Positions 26,030 through 35,807 of a stretch of 64,000 nucleotides of DNA are shown here, one piece after another (the stretch's first letter is position 1; the number at the start of each line of letters is the position of its first letter). The translations under genes were made by a program, and so were the position numbers. Location: the IMG/VR virus record IMGVR_UViG_3300025732_000018; one strand, given 5' to 3'. The notes below the pieces were generated by a model, which searched no databases, was not told the DNA's origin, and saw only the letters and a list, made by a program, of their open reading frames with translations. The stretch comes from a virus.

Positions 26030-26386
26030 ATGGCAAATTACTGGGGTTATCATCTCATCCTAGACTGCGCCGGGTGCGACCCGAACGCGATCAGGGACTA
26101 CGACACCATCTATAAATTCACAAAGCAGCTCGTCAAGGACATCGACATGGTGGCCTACGGCGAGCCCCAGATCGTGGACTTCGGGTCCGGCAACAAGGCC
26201 GGATACACCCTCGTCCAGCTTATTGAGACCAGTAACATCTGCGCTCACTTCGTAAACGAAGACAACACGATGTATCTCGACGTCTTCTCGTGCAAGGAGT
26301 ACGACAACGACATCGTCATCAGACTCGTCCAGGAATACTTCGGCGCGATCTACGTCCGTCCTTCATTCATCACAAGACAAGCCTAA
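26030..26386 (+). CDS. speD: S-adenosylmethionine decarboxylase proenzyme
   Basis: GYHLILD, LIETSNI (pyruvoyl-forming Ser), LDVFSC. Confidence 0.88.
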   Translation: MANYWGYHLILDCAGCDPNAIRDYDTIYKFTKQLVKDIDMVAYGEPQIVDFGSGNKAGYTLVQLIETSNICAHFVNEDNTMYLDVFSCKEYDNDIVIRLVQEYFGAIYVRPSFITRQA

Positions 26387-26401
26387 CATCAGGAGTTCGC
26401 T

Positions 26402-27055
26402 ATGAGCTACGTGAGACTGGTTGCTGTAAGCAAGCCAGAGATACCGGGATTGGAGAACGCGGGTGACCTAGTCGCCTACTGTGCCCGCGTCTCCAACCCC
26501 TCCAACCAGATGAACGCCGAGACGGCACCCAAGCTTCTCAGGTACCTCGTCAACAACAAGCACTGGTCTCCCTTCGAGATGGTGAGTCTCACCATGGAGA
26601 TCGAGACCACTCGAGACATCGCCCGTCAGATCCTTCGCCACCGCTCATTCTCGTTCCAAGAGTTCAGCCAGCGCTACGCGGACCCTCGCGAGGGTCTCGG
26701 GTTCGTCACTCGTGATGCTCGACTCCAGGATCAGAAGAATCGTCAGAACAGCGTCGAGACCGACGACGAGAAGCTGATGGCCGAGTGGAAGAACAAGCAG
26801 AAGTATCTCTCGTCTCTGGCTGAGCTGACATACGACTGGGCAGTCACTAACGGCATCGCTAAGGAGCAGGCTCGCGCGGTCCTACCCGAAGGTCTGACCG
26901 TATCTAGACTCTACATGGCCGGCACGCTCAGGTCGTGGATCCACTACTGCGAGCTTCGAATGAAGAACGGAACTCAGAAGGAGCACTCAGAGGTGGCCGA
27001 CCAGTGTTGGCGGATTATCACCCAGCAGTTTCCATCAATCTCAGGGCTCCTCTAG
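26402..27055 (+). CDS. thyX: Flavin-dependent thymidylate synthase
   Basis: HWSPFE, RHRSFSFQEFSQRY, EQARAVLP, TQKEH. Confidence 0.96.
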   Translation: MSYVRLVAVSKPEIPGLENAGDLVAYCARVSNPSNQMNAETAPKLLRYLVNNKHWSPFEMVSLTMEIETTRDIARQILRHRSFSFQEFSQRYADPREGLGFVTRDARLQDQKNRQNSVETDDEKLMAEWKNKQKYLSSLAELTYDWAVTNGIAKEQARAVLPEGLTVSRLYMAGTLRSWIHYCELRMKNGTQKEHSEVADQCWRIITQQFPSISGLL

Positions 27056-27069
27056 GGGGCCCTTTTTTT
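27043..27069 (+). terminator. Intrinsic terminator followed by late TATAAATA box (27071)
   Basis: GGGCTCCT/GGGGGCCC then T7. Confidence 0.8.
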
Positions 27070-27094
27070 CTATAAATATGCTAGGAGATAACAG

Positions 27095-28156
27095 ATGCCA
27101 GCAAAACTCAACGAAGGCGACATCCTCGAGGGCATATTCTGTCTTGCGGCCGGACTGCTTCTCGCTTACGAGACAGTCGACAAGAATAAGCTCAACCAGC
27201 TGAGGACCGTCGTCGACCCTAACAAGTTCTTAGACGGACGAGAGAGCGTCGTTATCATCAAGGATCGAGCCGACGGCCTTGACCGGAACTCGGTGACCTG
27301 CGTCATAAGACTCAAGGCCGCGACGACGTCCAGCGCCTTTGGTAAGGACTACGAGGTCCTCTACGCCAGTCAAAAAGACATCGGCAAGATCGACCAGAAG
27401 GTCACCACCATCCAGAACCTGGTCAACTCGACGTCGTTCGCAGGAAAGCTGCTGGCGCTGAAGAAGAAGTACACCACCAATAGGACCGCGGAGTCACTCG
27501 ACTTCGTAGTGACCGCCGACGGGATAGCCGGTGAGTCGTCGGGTGGAGAGATCAAGGGGGACGTTGCAGTTAAGTTCGACGTCAAGGACTTCAGAGGAAA
27601 GGTGATCGGCTCTGAGACCCTCAACTACTCCATCAAGTCCAAGTCTGTCACCGTGTCGAACCTCAGCCCCTACAAGGGAATGATCAAGATGGCCGAGGCG
27701 TTCGGAGTCACTTCGACGCGACTCATCGAGAAGTACAAGCCTATCTTCGAGAAGCCGGCTAGGGACGACGCTACCAAGGCGGCGGTTAACCAGGCCATGA
27801 ACGAGATGTACGGCATCATTCAGGACGAGGTGATCAAGAAGAACAACGACCCCAACTTCACGACCAAGGCGTTCAACTTCATCAAGAAAGAGATCTTCGG
27901 GTCGGACCTCGCGGACCTGGTCGACATCCAGGACAAGAAGATTAAGGAGATCACTAAGGACTACGTCGATCACATATCTAAGAACGTCAAGGTGAAGGCG
28001 GTGAAGGCCGGTCAGTACCTCAGGATCGTGGCGGTCACCGACCCGAAGAGCGTCCTGTTCTCGATACGTCTCAAGGTGAGGACGGGATCGTCGGGATCCG
28101 TCGAGAGAAAGTTCTACATAGAGTCGGGTAACATGCTATACGGCGGAAAGAAATGA
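27095..28156 (+). CDS. Late hypothetical protein, possibly PD-(D/E)XK-like nuclease
   Basis: NEGDILEG, KGDV...YSIK; function tentative. Confidence 0.6.
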   Translation: MPAKLNEGDILEGIFCLAAGLLLAYETVDKNKLNQLRTVVDPNKFLDGRESVVIIKDRADGLDRNSVTCVIRLKAATTSSAFGKDYEVLYASQKDIGKIDQKVTTIQNLVNSTSFAGKLLALKKKYTTNRTAESLDFVVTADGIAGESSGGEIKGDVAVKFDVKDFRGKVIGSETLNYSIKSKSVTVSNLSPYKGMIKMAEAFGVTSTRLIEKYKPIFEKPARDDATKAAVNQAMNEMYGIIQDEVIKKNNDPNFTTKAFNFIKKEIFGSDLADLVDIQDKKIKEITKDYVDHISKNVKVKAVKAGQYLRIVAVTDPKSVLFSIRLKVRTGSSGSVERKFYIESGNMLYGGKK

Positions 28157-29382
28157 GAAGCCTCAGGGGATTCATAACCGAGTCCAAGAACACACACATG
28201 GAGCACCTAGAGGACAACGTCCTCAACGCCGGCTACGACGGAGCGCGAGAGGCTGTCGACTTCTTGAAGAACCTCAAGGACACCCTCGACGGAAGGACCA
28301 AGAACAAGGTTAACCTCTCAGTCAAGTGGGACGGGGCTCCGGCGGTGTTCGCTGGAATAGATCCTACTGACGGAAAGTTCTTCGTGGCCAAGAAGGGTAT
28401 CTTTAACAAGAACCCGAAGGTGTACAAGACAGCCGCCGAGATCGACGCGGACACCGAGGGTGACCTGGCGTCTAAGCTCAAGGACGCACTCAGGTACCTT
28501 CCTAAGATCGGAATCAAGGGTGTGATTCAGGGCGACTTCCTCTTCTCGAAGAAGGACCTCAAGGTCCAGACAATCAACGGCGAGAAGTACCTGACGTTTC
28601 ACCCGAACACCATCATATACGCGGTGCCGGTCGACTCAGTCATGGCGAAGCAGCTCAAGTCCGCCAAGATTGGAATAGTCTGGCACACGTCCTACAGCGG
28701 GAAAGACTTCTCGTCGATGAAGGCTACCTACAACAAGGCCCTGTCTCTCCAGCTCAGGCCGTCGAAGGACGTGTGGTTCACCGACGCCATCTATCGAGAC
28801 GTCTCTGGAACTACTACCATGACGGCGTCTGAGACCGAGGCCGTCGACTCCATAGTAGGAAAGGCCGAGTCCCTTCTGGCCTCCATAGAGCCTAAGACCC
28901 TCAACTCTATATCTGACAACGAGGAGCTCCTGATCCTCGTCAAGACCTACAACAACTCGAAGGTCAGGGCAGGTGAGAAAGTGACCGACCTGTCGGCCCA
29001 CGTAGACGGCCTGGTAGACTTCATATCGTCGAAGTTCGCCAAGGAGGCCGAGAAGAGAAAGTCTGACACGGGTAAGGCCAGCATAGAGACCAAGAAGAAC
29101 GCCATCCTAGGCTACCTGTCTAACACACCGAAGGCTGAGCTGATCAAGATCTTCGAGCTCATGAACGTCATAGTCGACGCGAAGCACGCCTTCGTCAAGA
29201 AGCTCAATGCCGTTAAGAGCATAAATACCTACTTAAGTACCAACGCCGGATTCAAGAAGACCGGGCACGAGGGCTTCGTGGTGTCTGACCACCTGAACAA
29301 GAGCGCAGTCAAGCTCGTCGACAGGTACGAGTTCAGCTACGCCAACTTCAGCCCGGACGTCCTAAAGGGATGGCAGAGATAG
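28153..29382 (+). CDS. T4-like protein (DUF6267-like) with ligase-type motifs
   Basis: KNTHMEHLED, KWDG, QGDF, EGFVV, VKLV. Confidence 0.75.
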   Translation: MRSLRGFITESKNTHMEHLEDNVLNAGYDGAREAVDFLKNLKDTLDGRTKNKVNLSVKWDGAPAVFAGIDPTDGKFFVAKKGIFNKNPKVYKTAAEIDADTEGDLASKLKDALRYLPKIGIKGVIQGDFLFSKKDLKVQTINGEKYLTFHPNTIIYAVPVDSVMAKQLKSAKIGIVWHTSYSGKDFSSMKATYNKALSLQLRPSKDVWFTDAIYRDVSGTTTMTASETEAVDSIVGKAESLLASIEPKTLNSISDNEELLILVKTYNNSKVRAGEKVTDLSAHVDGLVDFISSKFAKEAEKRKSDTGKASIETKKNAILGYLSNTPKAELIKIFELMNVIVDAKHAFVKKLNAVKSINTYLSTNAGFKKTGHEGFVVSDHLNKSAVKLVDRYEFSYANFSPDVLKGWQR

Positions 29383-29383
29383 A

Positions 29384-30697
29384 ATGGCACAGTTTAGAAA
29401 AGACACGCATCAATACCTAGCTGATGGAAAGACCATCTTCGAGGTGATGATGCTCGCTGACCAATATGGAAGTCTAGTAGGACCAGCCAACCCATCCGGC
29501 ATGGCAGTCGACGCCTTCGGCAGGGCCAGGATGTCGACCCCACTCACTCTCTTTGACTCCTCTCACAGGTACAAAGACAACGGTCTGTGGGCTACCTCGA
29601 ACACCGCGACAGCCACGTACAGCCACAGCGCTAACTCTGGAATGATCTCTCTTACAGTCGACACCACGGCGAACGCCGAAGTCGTTAGAGAGACTACAAA
29701 GGTCTTCTCGTATCAACCTGGTAAGTCTCTGCAGGTACTAAGCACCTTCGTGTTTAACCCTGCGAAGACTAATCTCAGGCAGAGAGTCGGCTACTTCGGC
29801 GCTCAGAACGGCATTTACTTAGAACAGGACGGAACTAACATCTACTTTGTAGAAAGGTCTTACTCTGGAAACTCGCTGTCGGAGACTCGAGTCTCTCAGG
29901 CAAACTGGAACGTAGACACCCTGCTCGGTGCAGTTCCTTCGAGCCCGTCGCAGAAGACTCTAGACCTGAGTAAGGCTCAGATCCTTTTCACCGACGTCGA
30001 GTGGCTCGGACTCGGCACGGTGAGGTGCGGATTCGTCATCGACGGAAAGCTGATTCACTGTCACTCGTTTCATCACGCAAACTTGATTGATTCTACATAC
30101 ATGACGACTGCTTCTCTACCAGTTCGCTACGAGATTAAGAACACTGGAACAACCTCGAGCAGTTCAACGATGAAGCAAGTCTGCTCTTCCGTCATCAGTG
30201 AGGGAGGATACGAGCTTAGAGGAGACCAGAGATCCGTCGGCACACCCGTTCAAACACCTAAAACGCTGACGACGGCTGGAACTTACTATCCTATCGTTTC
30301 TATTCAACTAAGATCAACGACCCTCGACGCGATTGTCATCTTAACAGCACTATCTATTTTAGGCATCAACAGCAATCCCTGCAGCGTTGCTTGGAGACTG
30401 TACAGAGGTGCTACCCTTACTTCACCCTCTTGGACTCCGAGCGACTCTGACAGCGCCGTCGAATACGACACGGCTGCTACAGGTCTAAGTGGCGGGAAGG
30501 TGCTAGCACAGGGATTTGTCGGAATTAACAACCAATCGTCACAGACGATCGACGTGCTAAAAGAGGCTCTATTTAAGTTTCAGTTACAAAGAAACGGTCT
30601 AACGAGCACGGCAGAGCCACTGACGATTGCATTGGCCGCTTCGGTCAACTCCGTCAGCGCGCTCGCTTCAATGGACTGGGAAGAAGTCACGAGATGA
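29384..30697 (+). CDS. Putative virion structural protein
   Basis: DAFGR, YQPGK, WLGLG; Ser/Thr-rich beta protein. Confidence 0.65.
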   Translation: MAQFRKDTHQYLADGKTIFEVMMLADQYGSLVGPANPSGMAVDAFGRARMSTPLTLFDSSHRYKDNGLWATSNTATATYSHSANSGMISLTVDTTANAEVVRETTKVFSYQPGKSLQVLSTFVFNPAKTNLRQRVGYFGAQNGIYLEQDGTNIYFVERSYSGNSLSETRVSQANWNVDTLLGAVPSSPSQKTLDLSKAQILFTDVEWLGLGTVRCGFVIDGKLIHCHSFHHANLIDSTYMTTASLPVRYEIKNTGTTSSSSTMKQVCSSVISEGGYELRGDQRSVGTPVQTPKTLTTAGTYYPIVSIQLRSTTLDAIVILTALSILGINSNPCSVAWRLYRGATLTSPSWTPSDSDSAVEYDTAATGLSGGKVLAQGFVGINNQSSQTIDVLKEALFKFQLQRNGLTSTAEPLTIALAASVNSVSALASMDWEEVTR

Positions 30698-31947
30698 AGA
30701 AGATAGTCGTCGGCTGGGGAAGAATGAACCCCATAACTATTGGGCACGAGCTGCTGGTCAACAAGATCAAGTCAGTCGCTAGGTCCATGGGCGCCGAGGC
30801 TGCTGTCTACCTGACTCACTCTCACGACTCTAAGAAGAACCCCTTGGACTATGGCTCAAAGGTTAGCTACGCCAGAAAGGCATTTGGCTCGGTGGTGAGG
30901 GTGTCCCCTCACAAGAACATCATCGACGTCATGAAGAGCCTCAAGGGCTACGACGAGGTGACTATTATAGTGGGGTCCGACAGGGTCCTAGAGTTCAAGA
31001 CGTTCTTAAATAAATACAACGGTAAAGAGTTCAACATAAAGAAGCTAGAGGTCGTTTCCGCCGGCGAGAGAGATCCGGACGCGGACGACGTCTCTGGCAT
31101 GTCGGCATCAAAGATGAGGGCCCTAGCCGCGGCACAGGACCTCAATGGGTTCAAGTCAGGACTGCCAGAGAGACTCAGGACGAGCGCCTCGGCTATCATG
31201 AAGAAAGTAAGAAAAGGACTGATGATGGAAGACGTCAGCGATCACATCGAGGAAGAAGTCTCTGAGGGTCTAGACTACGCTCAGAGGAGAAAGCGCGCCC
31301 AAGTTTTCAAGAAGTACTCGGCCAAGATCACAGCGGCTCGTCGTCGAGCCATGTCAAGGTCGTCTACCTCTAAGGGAATCATGAAGAGGGCGCGCCGCGA
31401 GGCCATCGGTCGAATGAAGGCGCGCATGTCTAGAGGCAGGGACGTCGCCACTCTCTCCTCGCCTGAGAAGGCTAGGATCGAGGACATCATCGCCAAGAGA
31501 AAGAACGCCATCGTCAGGATGGCCACCAGGCTTCAGCCGATAGTCAGGAAGCGCGAGAAGATGAGGCTGTCCGGTGGAAGACACGCCGGGACGATCAACC
31601 CGTTCGCTGAGGAGGTCTCAAAGAAAGACGCCGAGGTGAACGTGAAGACCAAGAAGACGGTGGTCAAAGACATTAACAACAAGAAGTATCTAGAGTTCTT
31701 CAGCGCCGACTCGATGAAGGAAGAGTTTAACGAGTTCCTAGTCAAGGGTGGGTTCTTCTCAGCAGACGAGCTAGTCGAGATGAACGTGACCGAGCTAGTG
31801 GACGAAGTAATGAGCGAGGGCTCTGAGGGTCTCTGGGCCAACATACACGCAAAGCGTGAGAGAATCAAGAGAGGTTCCGGCGAGCGCATGCGCAAGCCAG
31901 GAGAGAAGGGTCGCCCGACTGAGGCTGACTTCAAAGCGTCTAAGTGA
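30694..31947 (+). CDS. Phage cytidyltransferase-like (HxGH-type) protein with basic extension
   Basis: GRMNPITIGH, VGSDR, SAGERDPD, MSASKMR. Confidence 0.85.
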   Translation: MKKIVVGWGRMNPITIGHELLVNKIKSVARSMGAEAAVYLTHSHDSKKNPLDYGSKVSYARKAFGSVVRVSPHKNIIDVMKSLKGYDEVTIIVGSDRVLEFKTFLNKYNGKEFNIKKLEVVSAGERDPDADDVSGMSASKMRALAAAQDLNGFKSGLPERLRTSASAIMKKVRKGLMMEDVSDHIEEEVSEGLDYAQRRKRAQVFKKYSAKITAARRRAMSRSSTSKGIMKRARREAIGRMKARMSRGRDVATLSSPEKARIEDIIAKRKNAIVRMATRLQPIVRKREKMRLSGGRHAGTINPFAEEVSKKDAEVNVKTKKTVVKDINNKKYLEFFSADSMKEEFNEFLVKGGFFSADELVEMNVTELVDEVMSEGSEGLWANIHAKRERIKRGSGERMRKPGEKGRPTEADFKASK

Positions 31948-31957
31948 CACAGGAGAA

Positions 31958-33156
31958 ATGAACATGGAAATTATAATTGCAGTAGTACTCATCGGGATCG
32001 CTGGTTACTTTGCGTACAAGGTGGCAGTAGGAACTGACCCGATCGACGACGCCAAGAAAGCGGCAGACGTCAACGGTGACGGAAAGCTCGACGTAAAAGA
32101 CGTCAAGGCGGCCGCGAAGAAAGTTCGCACACGCGCCAAGAGAGTCGTCGAGAAAGAAGTTGAGAAAGCTAAGACCACGAGGTCAAAGAAGAAATGAAGT
32201 CCTTCAAGGAACTCATCAGAGAGGACGTGCCTAGACACCCTCTCAGCACAATGATAAAGAACCACCCAGGGGTGCACCCCCTGCAGGTGGATCCGGCTGT
32301 TAAGCACGCTCTGACGAACAAAGACAGGGACGTCGACGGCGACGTCGACAAGTACGACAGACCAAAGTCAAAAGTGCCCGATGAGATTCCTGTAGGAAGT
32401 CAGAAGCTCAACCGGGTCATGACTAATAAGTACGCCGGTGAGCTCAAGCACATTCACAAAGGTATAGCTTATGAGCACGTCATTCCATTCGGGGAGTTCA
32501 TTGACGAGGGTGTGATCGAGGAGGATTTCGTCGTCACCGGTGAGGAGCTATACGAGGACTGGGGCGAGCCTCTCGAGGAAGCTGAGTACCAAGGTCGAAA
32601 GGTAAAGCTTGGGAAGCCGTTCCTCACCCCAGACGGACCAAAGAAGAGAGCAGTGTACGTTCAGAACGACAAGGGAAACGTCGTGAAGGTAAACTTCGGC
32701 GACCCTAACATGAAGATCAAGAAGAACATTCCGGCCAGAAGGAAGAGCTTCAGGGCCAGACATCACTGCGACACGAATCCCGGACCTAGGCATAAGGCGC
32801 GCTACTGGTCCTGCAAAGCCTGGTAACGGAGAAGAAGAATGATAAACGACCTACCAAAGTCACTCATAGAAGCAGCTAAGGCCATCAAGGTCGACGTCAA
32901 GAAGAACACTCACGACGTCAACCTTCGGAAGAGAGAGAAAGAGATAGCGGCTTCTCACAAGGCCAACGTCAAGGAAGAGGTCAAGCAGGTTGACGAGGCC
33001 CTCAAGGGAGGTCAACACAAGCTAGACGTCGACAAGGACGGAAAGCTCGAGAAGTCAGACTTTAAGAAGCTCAGGTCTAAGAAGACCAATGAGGAAGTAC
33101 AGTTCTCAGACAAAGAGCTGGCTCGAATCCAAGAGATAATTGGTACCGATAAATAA
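31958..33156 (+). other. Three late ORFs (31958-32197, 32194-32826, 32839-33156), possibly internal head proteins
   Basis: DVNGDG/DKDG and EE motifs; RRKSFRARHHC..YWSC in the second. Confidence 0.65.
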
Positions 33157-33183
33157 CAATAAGAAGAAGCAAGGAGCACAATA

Positions 33184-34020
33184 ATGTCTCAATGGAAGAA
33201 AGACGACAGCGCAGCCAACTCAGTGCTGTGGGCAGTCGCAGGATACAACAAGCCGGCTAACAGCACCACACAGGCTGCTTTCTACGGCAACACCACCGCC
33301 AGCGCCTTCATCAGCGGCATGGCCGTCGGCCAGTTCGGCGTCGACGCGGCTGAGGCCGGTGTCGGTGGCAAGGTGGCTGCCGGCGTCATAACCTACGCCG
33401 GTTCTGGCTACACAGCTAACGCCACCGTGACCCTCACGGCCACCAACGGCGGAACGAGCGCGACTGCTAACGCGACAGCAACGTCCGGCAAGATCACCGC
33501 GATCAACATCTCGGCAGTCGGTTCTGGCTACACCACCGCTCCGACAGCGGCCATCGCGGCTCCGGCCAACACCACCTTCAACGCTTCTTCTGCGGTGACA
33601 GGTGGAACCGGCAACGGCGCTAACAACGTCATAGCGATCAGCTCGGCTGGATCGTTCGCTGCCGGTGACAAGATCATCTATCGCGTGGCTGCAGGCAACA
33701 CTGCCATCAGCCCTCTGACCTCTGGAACAACCTACTACGTCCAGCACGCTAACTCGACTGTAGTCGCTCTTGCCACTACCTCAGGCGGAGCGAGAATCGC
33801 TCTTACTCCTGGATCTTCTGAGACCGGTCACGCCCTTCAGGGTGACACCGCTACTGGCTACACCACGGTATCCGGCGGTAAGGCAGTAGCTCACGCCGGC
33901 TGGGTAGTCCGCAAGGAAGGCACCGGCGGCCGCGCAGGTCGCGTCCAGTACGAGACCCTGGTGGCTATGGGATCGATGACCGGCGACGGTTCAGACGACA
34001 CCATCCTTCCAGACAGCTGA
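33184..34020 (+). CDS. Virion structural/fibre protein
   Basis: Ala/Thr/Gly-rich, HAGWV..GRVQYETLVAM; late box GATAAATA upstream. Confidence 0.75.
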   Translation: MSQWKKDDSAANSVLWAVAGYNKPANSTTQAAFYGNTTASAFISGMAVGQFGVDAAEAGVGGKVAAGVITYAGSGYTANATVTLTATNGGTSATANATATSGKITAINISAVGSGYTTAPTAAIAAPANTTFNASSAVTGGTGNGANNVIAISSAGSFAAGDKIIYRVAAGNTAISPLTSGTTYYVQHANSTVVALATTSGGARIALTPGSSETGHALQGDTATGYTTVSGGKAVAHAGWVVRKEGTGGRAGRVQYETLVAMGSMTGDGSDDTILPDS

Positions 34021-34037
34021 TAGCATAGGGGTGCCTC

Positions 34038-34325
34038 ATGGCTAACAAGAAAGTAACTGAGCTTGCCGCCGCGACGGCACCCGTAGCTAACGACGTCCTC
34101 CTCATAGTGACAGACGTAGCTAACACGGCGGTGACTAAGAAGGTCACCGCCAACACTCTCTTCAACGCCATCCCGGCAGGTAAGATTCAGCTGGCCAACA
34201 CTACCAACGCTCCGGCCAGCAGCTCGGCTACTGGGACCGTGGGTGAGGTGAGGGCGACCAGCACGTACTTATACGTCTGCACAGCGACAAACACCTGGAA
34301 GAGGGTGGCACTAGAAACATTTTGA
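34038..34325 (+). CDS. Small structural/fibre protein
   Basis: KVTEL...TKKVT, YLYVCTATNTWKR. Confidence 0.7.
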   Translation: MANKKVTELAAATAPVANDVLLIVTDVANTAVTKKVTANTLFNAIPAGKIQLANTTNAPASSSATGTVGEVRATSTYLYVCTATNTWKRVALETF

Positions 34326-34327
34326 TA

Positions 34328-34714
34328 ATGAAGCTTGATGAGACTAACTTCTTGCTGTACGCGGCCAAGAACTACGAGAACCCGCAGTGCTTCGACACCC
34401 TAGAGTTCTACGAGGACCTGAAGCACTTTAAGTACATCAAGCGTCTCTTCAACAAGTACGTCGAGACCGGTGACCTGAAAGAGAGACTGATCATCAATCA
34501 CCTGGTGATCATATATAATATGTTCGGCGTCGAGGCTGCTACAAGGATGCTGTTCTTCAAGCTCAGAGGCTACGAGAAGCTCCTAAAGCCATTCTTAGTC
34601 TACATGAACTACATGCCGGAAGTCGTGAGAGAGATCGGTATAACTGCCGAGAACATCAAGAGCTCAGACATTCCGATGGACCATAACATAATAACGACTC
34701 TCAGGAAGATCTAA
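34328..34714 (+). CDS. T4-like hypothetical protein
   Basis: NFLLYAAKNY.NPQC...EFYEDL..FKYIKRL. Confidence 0.8.
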   Translation: MKLDETNFLLYAAKNYENPQCFDTLEFYEDLKHFKYIKRLFNKYVETGDLKERLIINHLVIIYNMFGVEAATRMLFFKLRGYEKLLKPFLVYMNYMPEVVREIGITAENIKSSDIPMDHNIITTLRKI

Positions 34715-35238
34715 TGCCAGAGACAACCCCGCAGAACGTGAAGAACATACCAGGCAAGGCCTCGGTCTTCGGACAGGGCTCGGGTGTCATGCGCGCGCTG
34801 GACCTCTTCCTAGTCTACCAGTTCTTAAAGAGACTTCTCCTTCCGTTCGACAAGTGGCCGGCGTACCAGGCTGGAATCATCGACGCCGACGGCAAGGTCC
34901 TCAGGAAGAGGAACACTCTCTCCGGGCCAGAGAGAGGCGTCTGGGGTCTCTTCGACGTCATGACCGCTAACATCAAGAAGCTGATCATGAAGGCGCCCGG
35001 CGGAAAGACAAAGCTCGCGTCCGCACTAGCGGCAGCCTACCTTCTCAAGGAGATGAACAACGTCACCGAAGAGAATGTGGACCAGCTTACAGAGAACTTC
35101 AGCGTCATGCTGAACGAGGAGATAGCCAACAACGCCGGTGACGGAAAAGTGGCCGGCCTCGGGGTCGGTCCGCAGGGAGAGCCAGGTCGGTCCAAGAAGT
35201 CAGTCAAGATAATAAGAAGAACGATGAGGGCTAAATAA
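34714..35238 (+). CDS. Hypothetical protein
   Basis: YQFLKRL..PF..W.A...GIID..G; EEIAN. Confidence 0.7.
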   Translation: MPETTPQNVKNIPGKASVFGQGSGVMRALDLFLVYQFLKRLLLPFDKWPAYQAGIIDADGKVLRKRNTLSGPERGVWGLFDVMTANIKKLIMKAPGGKTKLASALAAAYLLKEMNNVTEENVDQLTENFSVMLNEEIANNAGDGKVAGLGVGPQGEPGRSKKSVKIIRRTMRAK

Positions 35239-35741
35239 TGTTACTAACACTCCTCTCTACCGTGGTTGGAGCCGCTACCAACCTCCTACCTTCGATCATG
35301 AACTACTTTGAGACAAAGCAGAAGCAGCAGCACGAGAAGGACCTGCTGGCCCTGCAGATGGAGGCAGCGAAGCAAAATGTACAGCTCAACATTCAGTTGG
35401 AGAACGTTAAGGCTGATAACGCAGAGGGACAATCTGTTCGCGATCATGATGCTCGTCTTGATGGTGGAAGCTTTATTAACGCACTCAGAGCTTCTGTTCG
35501 ACCAGTCGTCACTTACCTATTTTTCATCCTATTTTGCGCCATTAAAGCCTGCGCTGTCGTCATTATGATGCAGAAGGGGATCACCGTGGAGCAGGCCCTT
35601 CCGGTCATCTGGGACAGCGAGACCATGGCCCTGTTCGGCGCCATAATCGGTTTCTGGTTCGGTTCAAGAACGATACAGAACTTCAGGGCCCCTCAGGCTG
35701 GTCCAGAGGTCATAGCTGATACGGTAAAGAAGCGCAAATAA
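35238..35741 (+). CDS. Holin-like membrane protein
   Basis: SVRPVVTY, IIGFWFGSR. Confidence 0.65.
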   Translation: MLLTLLSTVVGAATNLLPSIMNYFETKQKQQHEKDLLALQMEAAKQNVQLNIQLENVKADNAEGQSVRDHDARLDGGSFINALRASVRPVVTYLFFILFCAIKACAVVIMMQKGITVEQALPVIWDSETMALFGAIIGFWFGSRTIQNFRAPQAGPEVIADTVKKRK

Positions 35742-35807
35742 CAGTTTACATTTTAGTAAAAGCTTAGTATAATGACTCTATAGGGTAAAAGCTATGGAGT
35801 CATTTTT

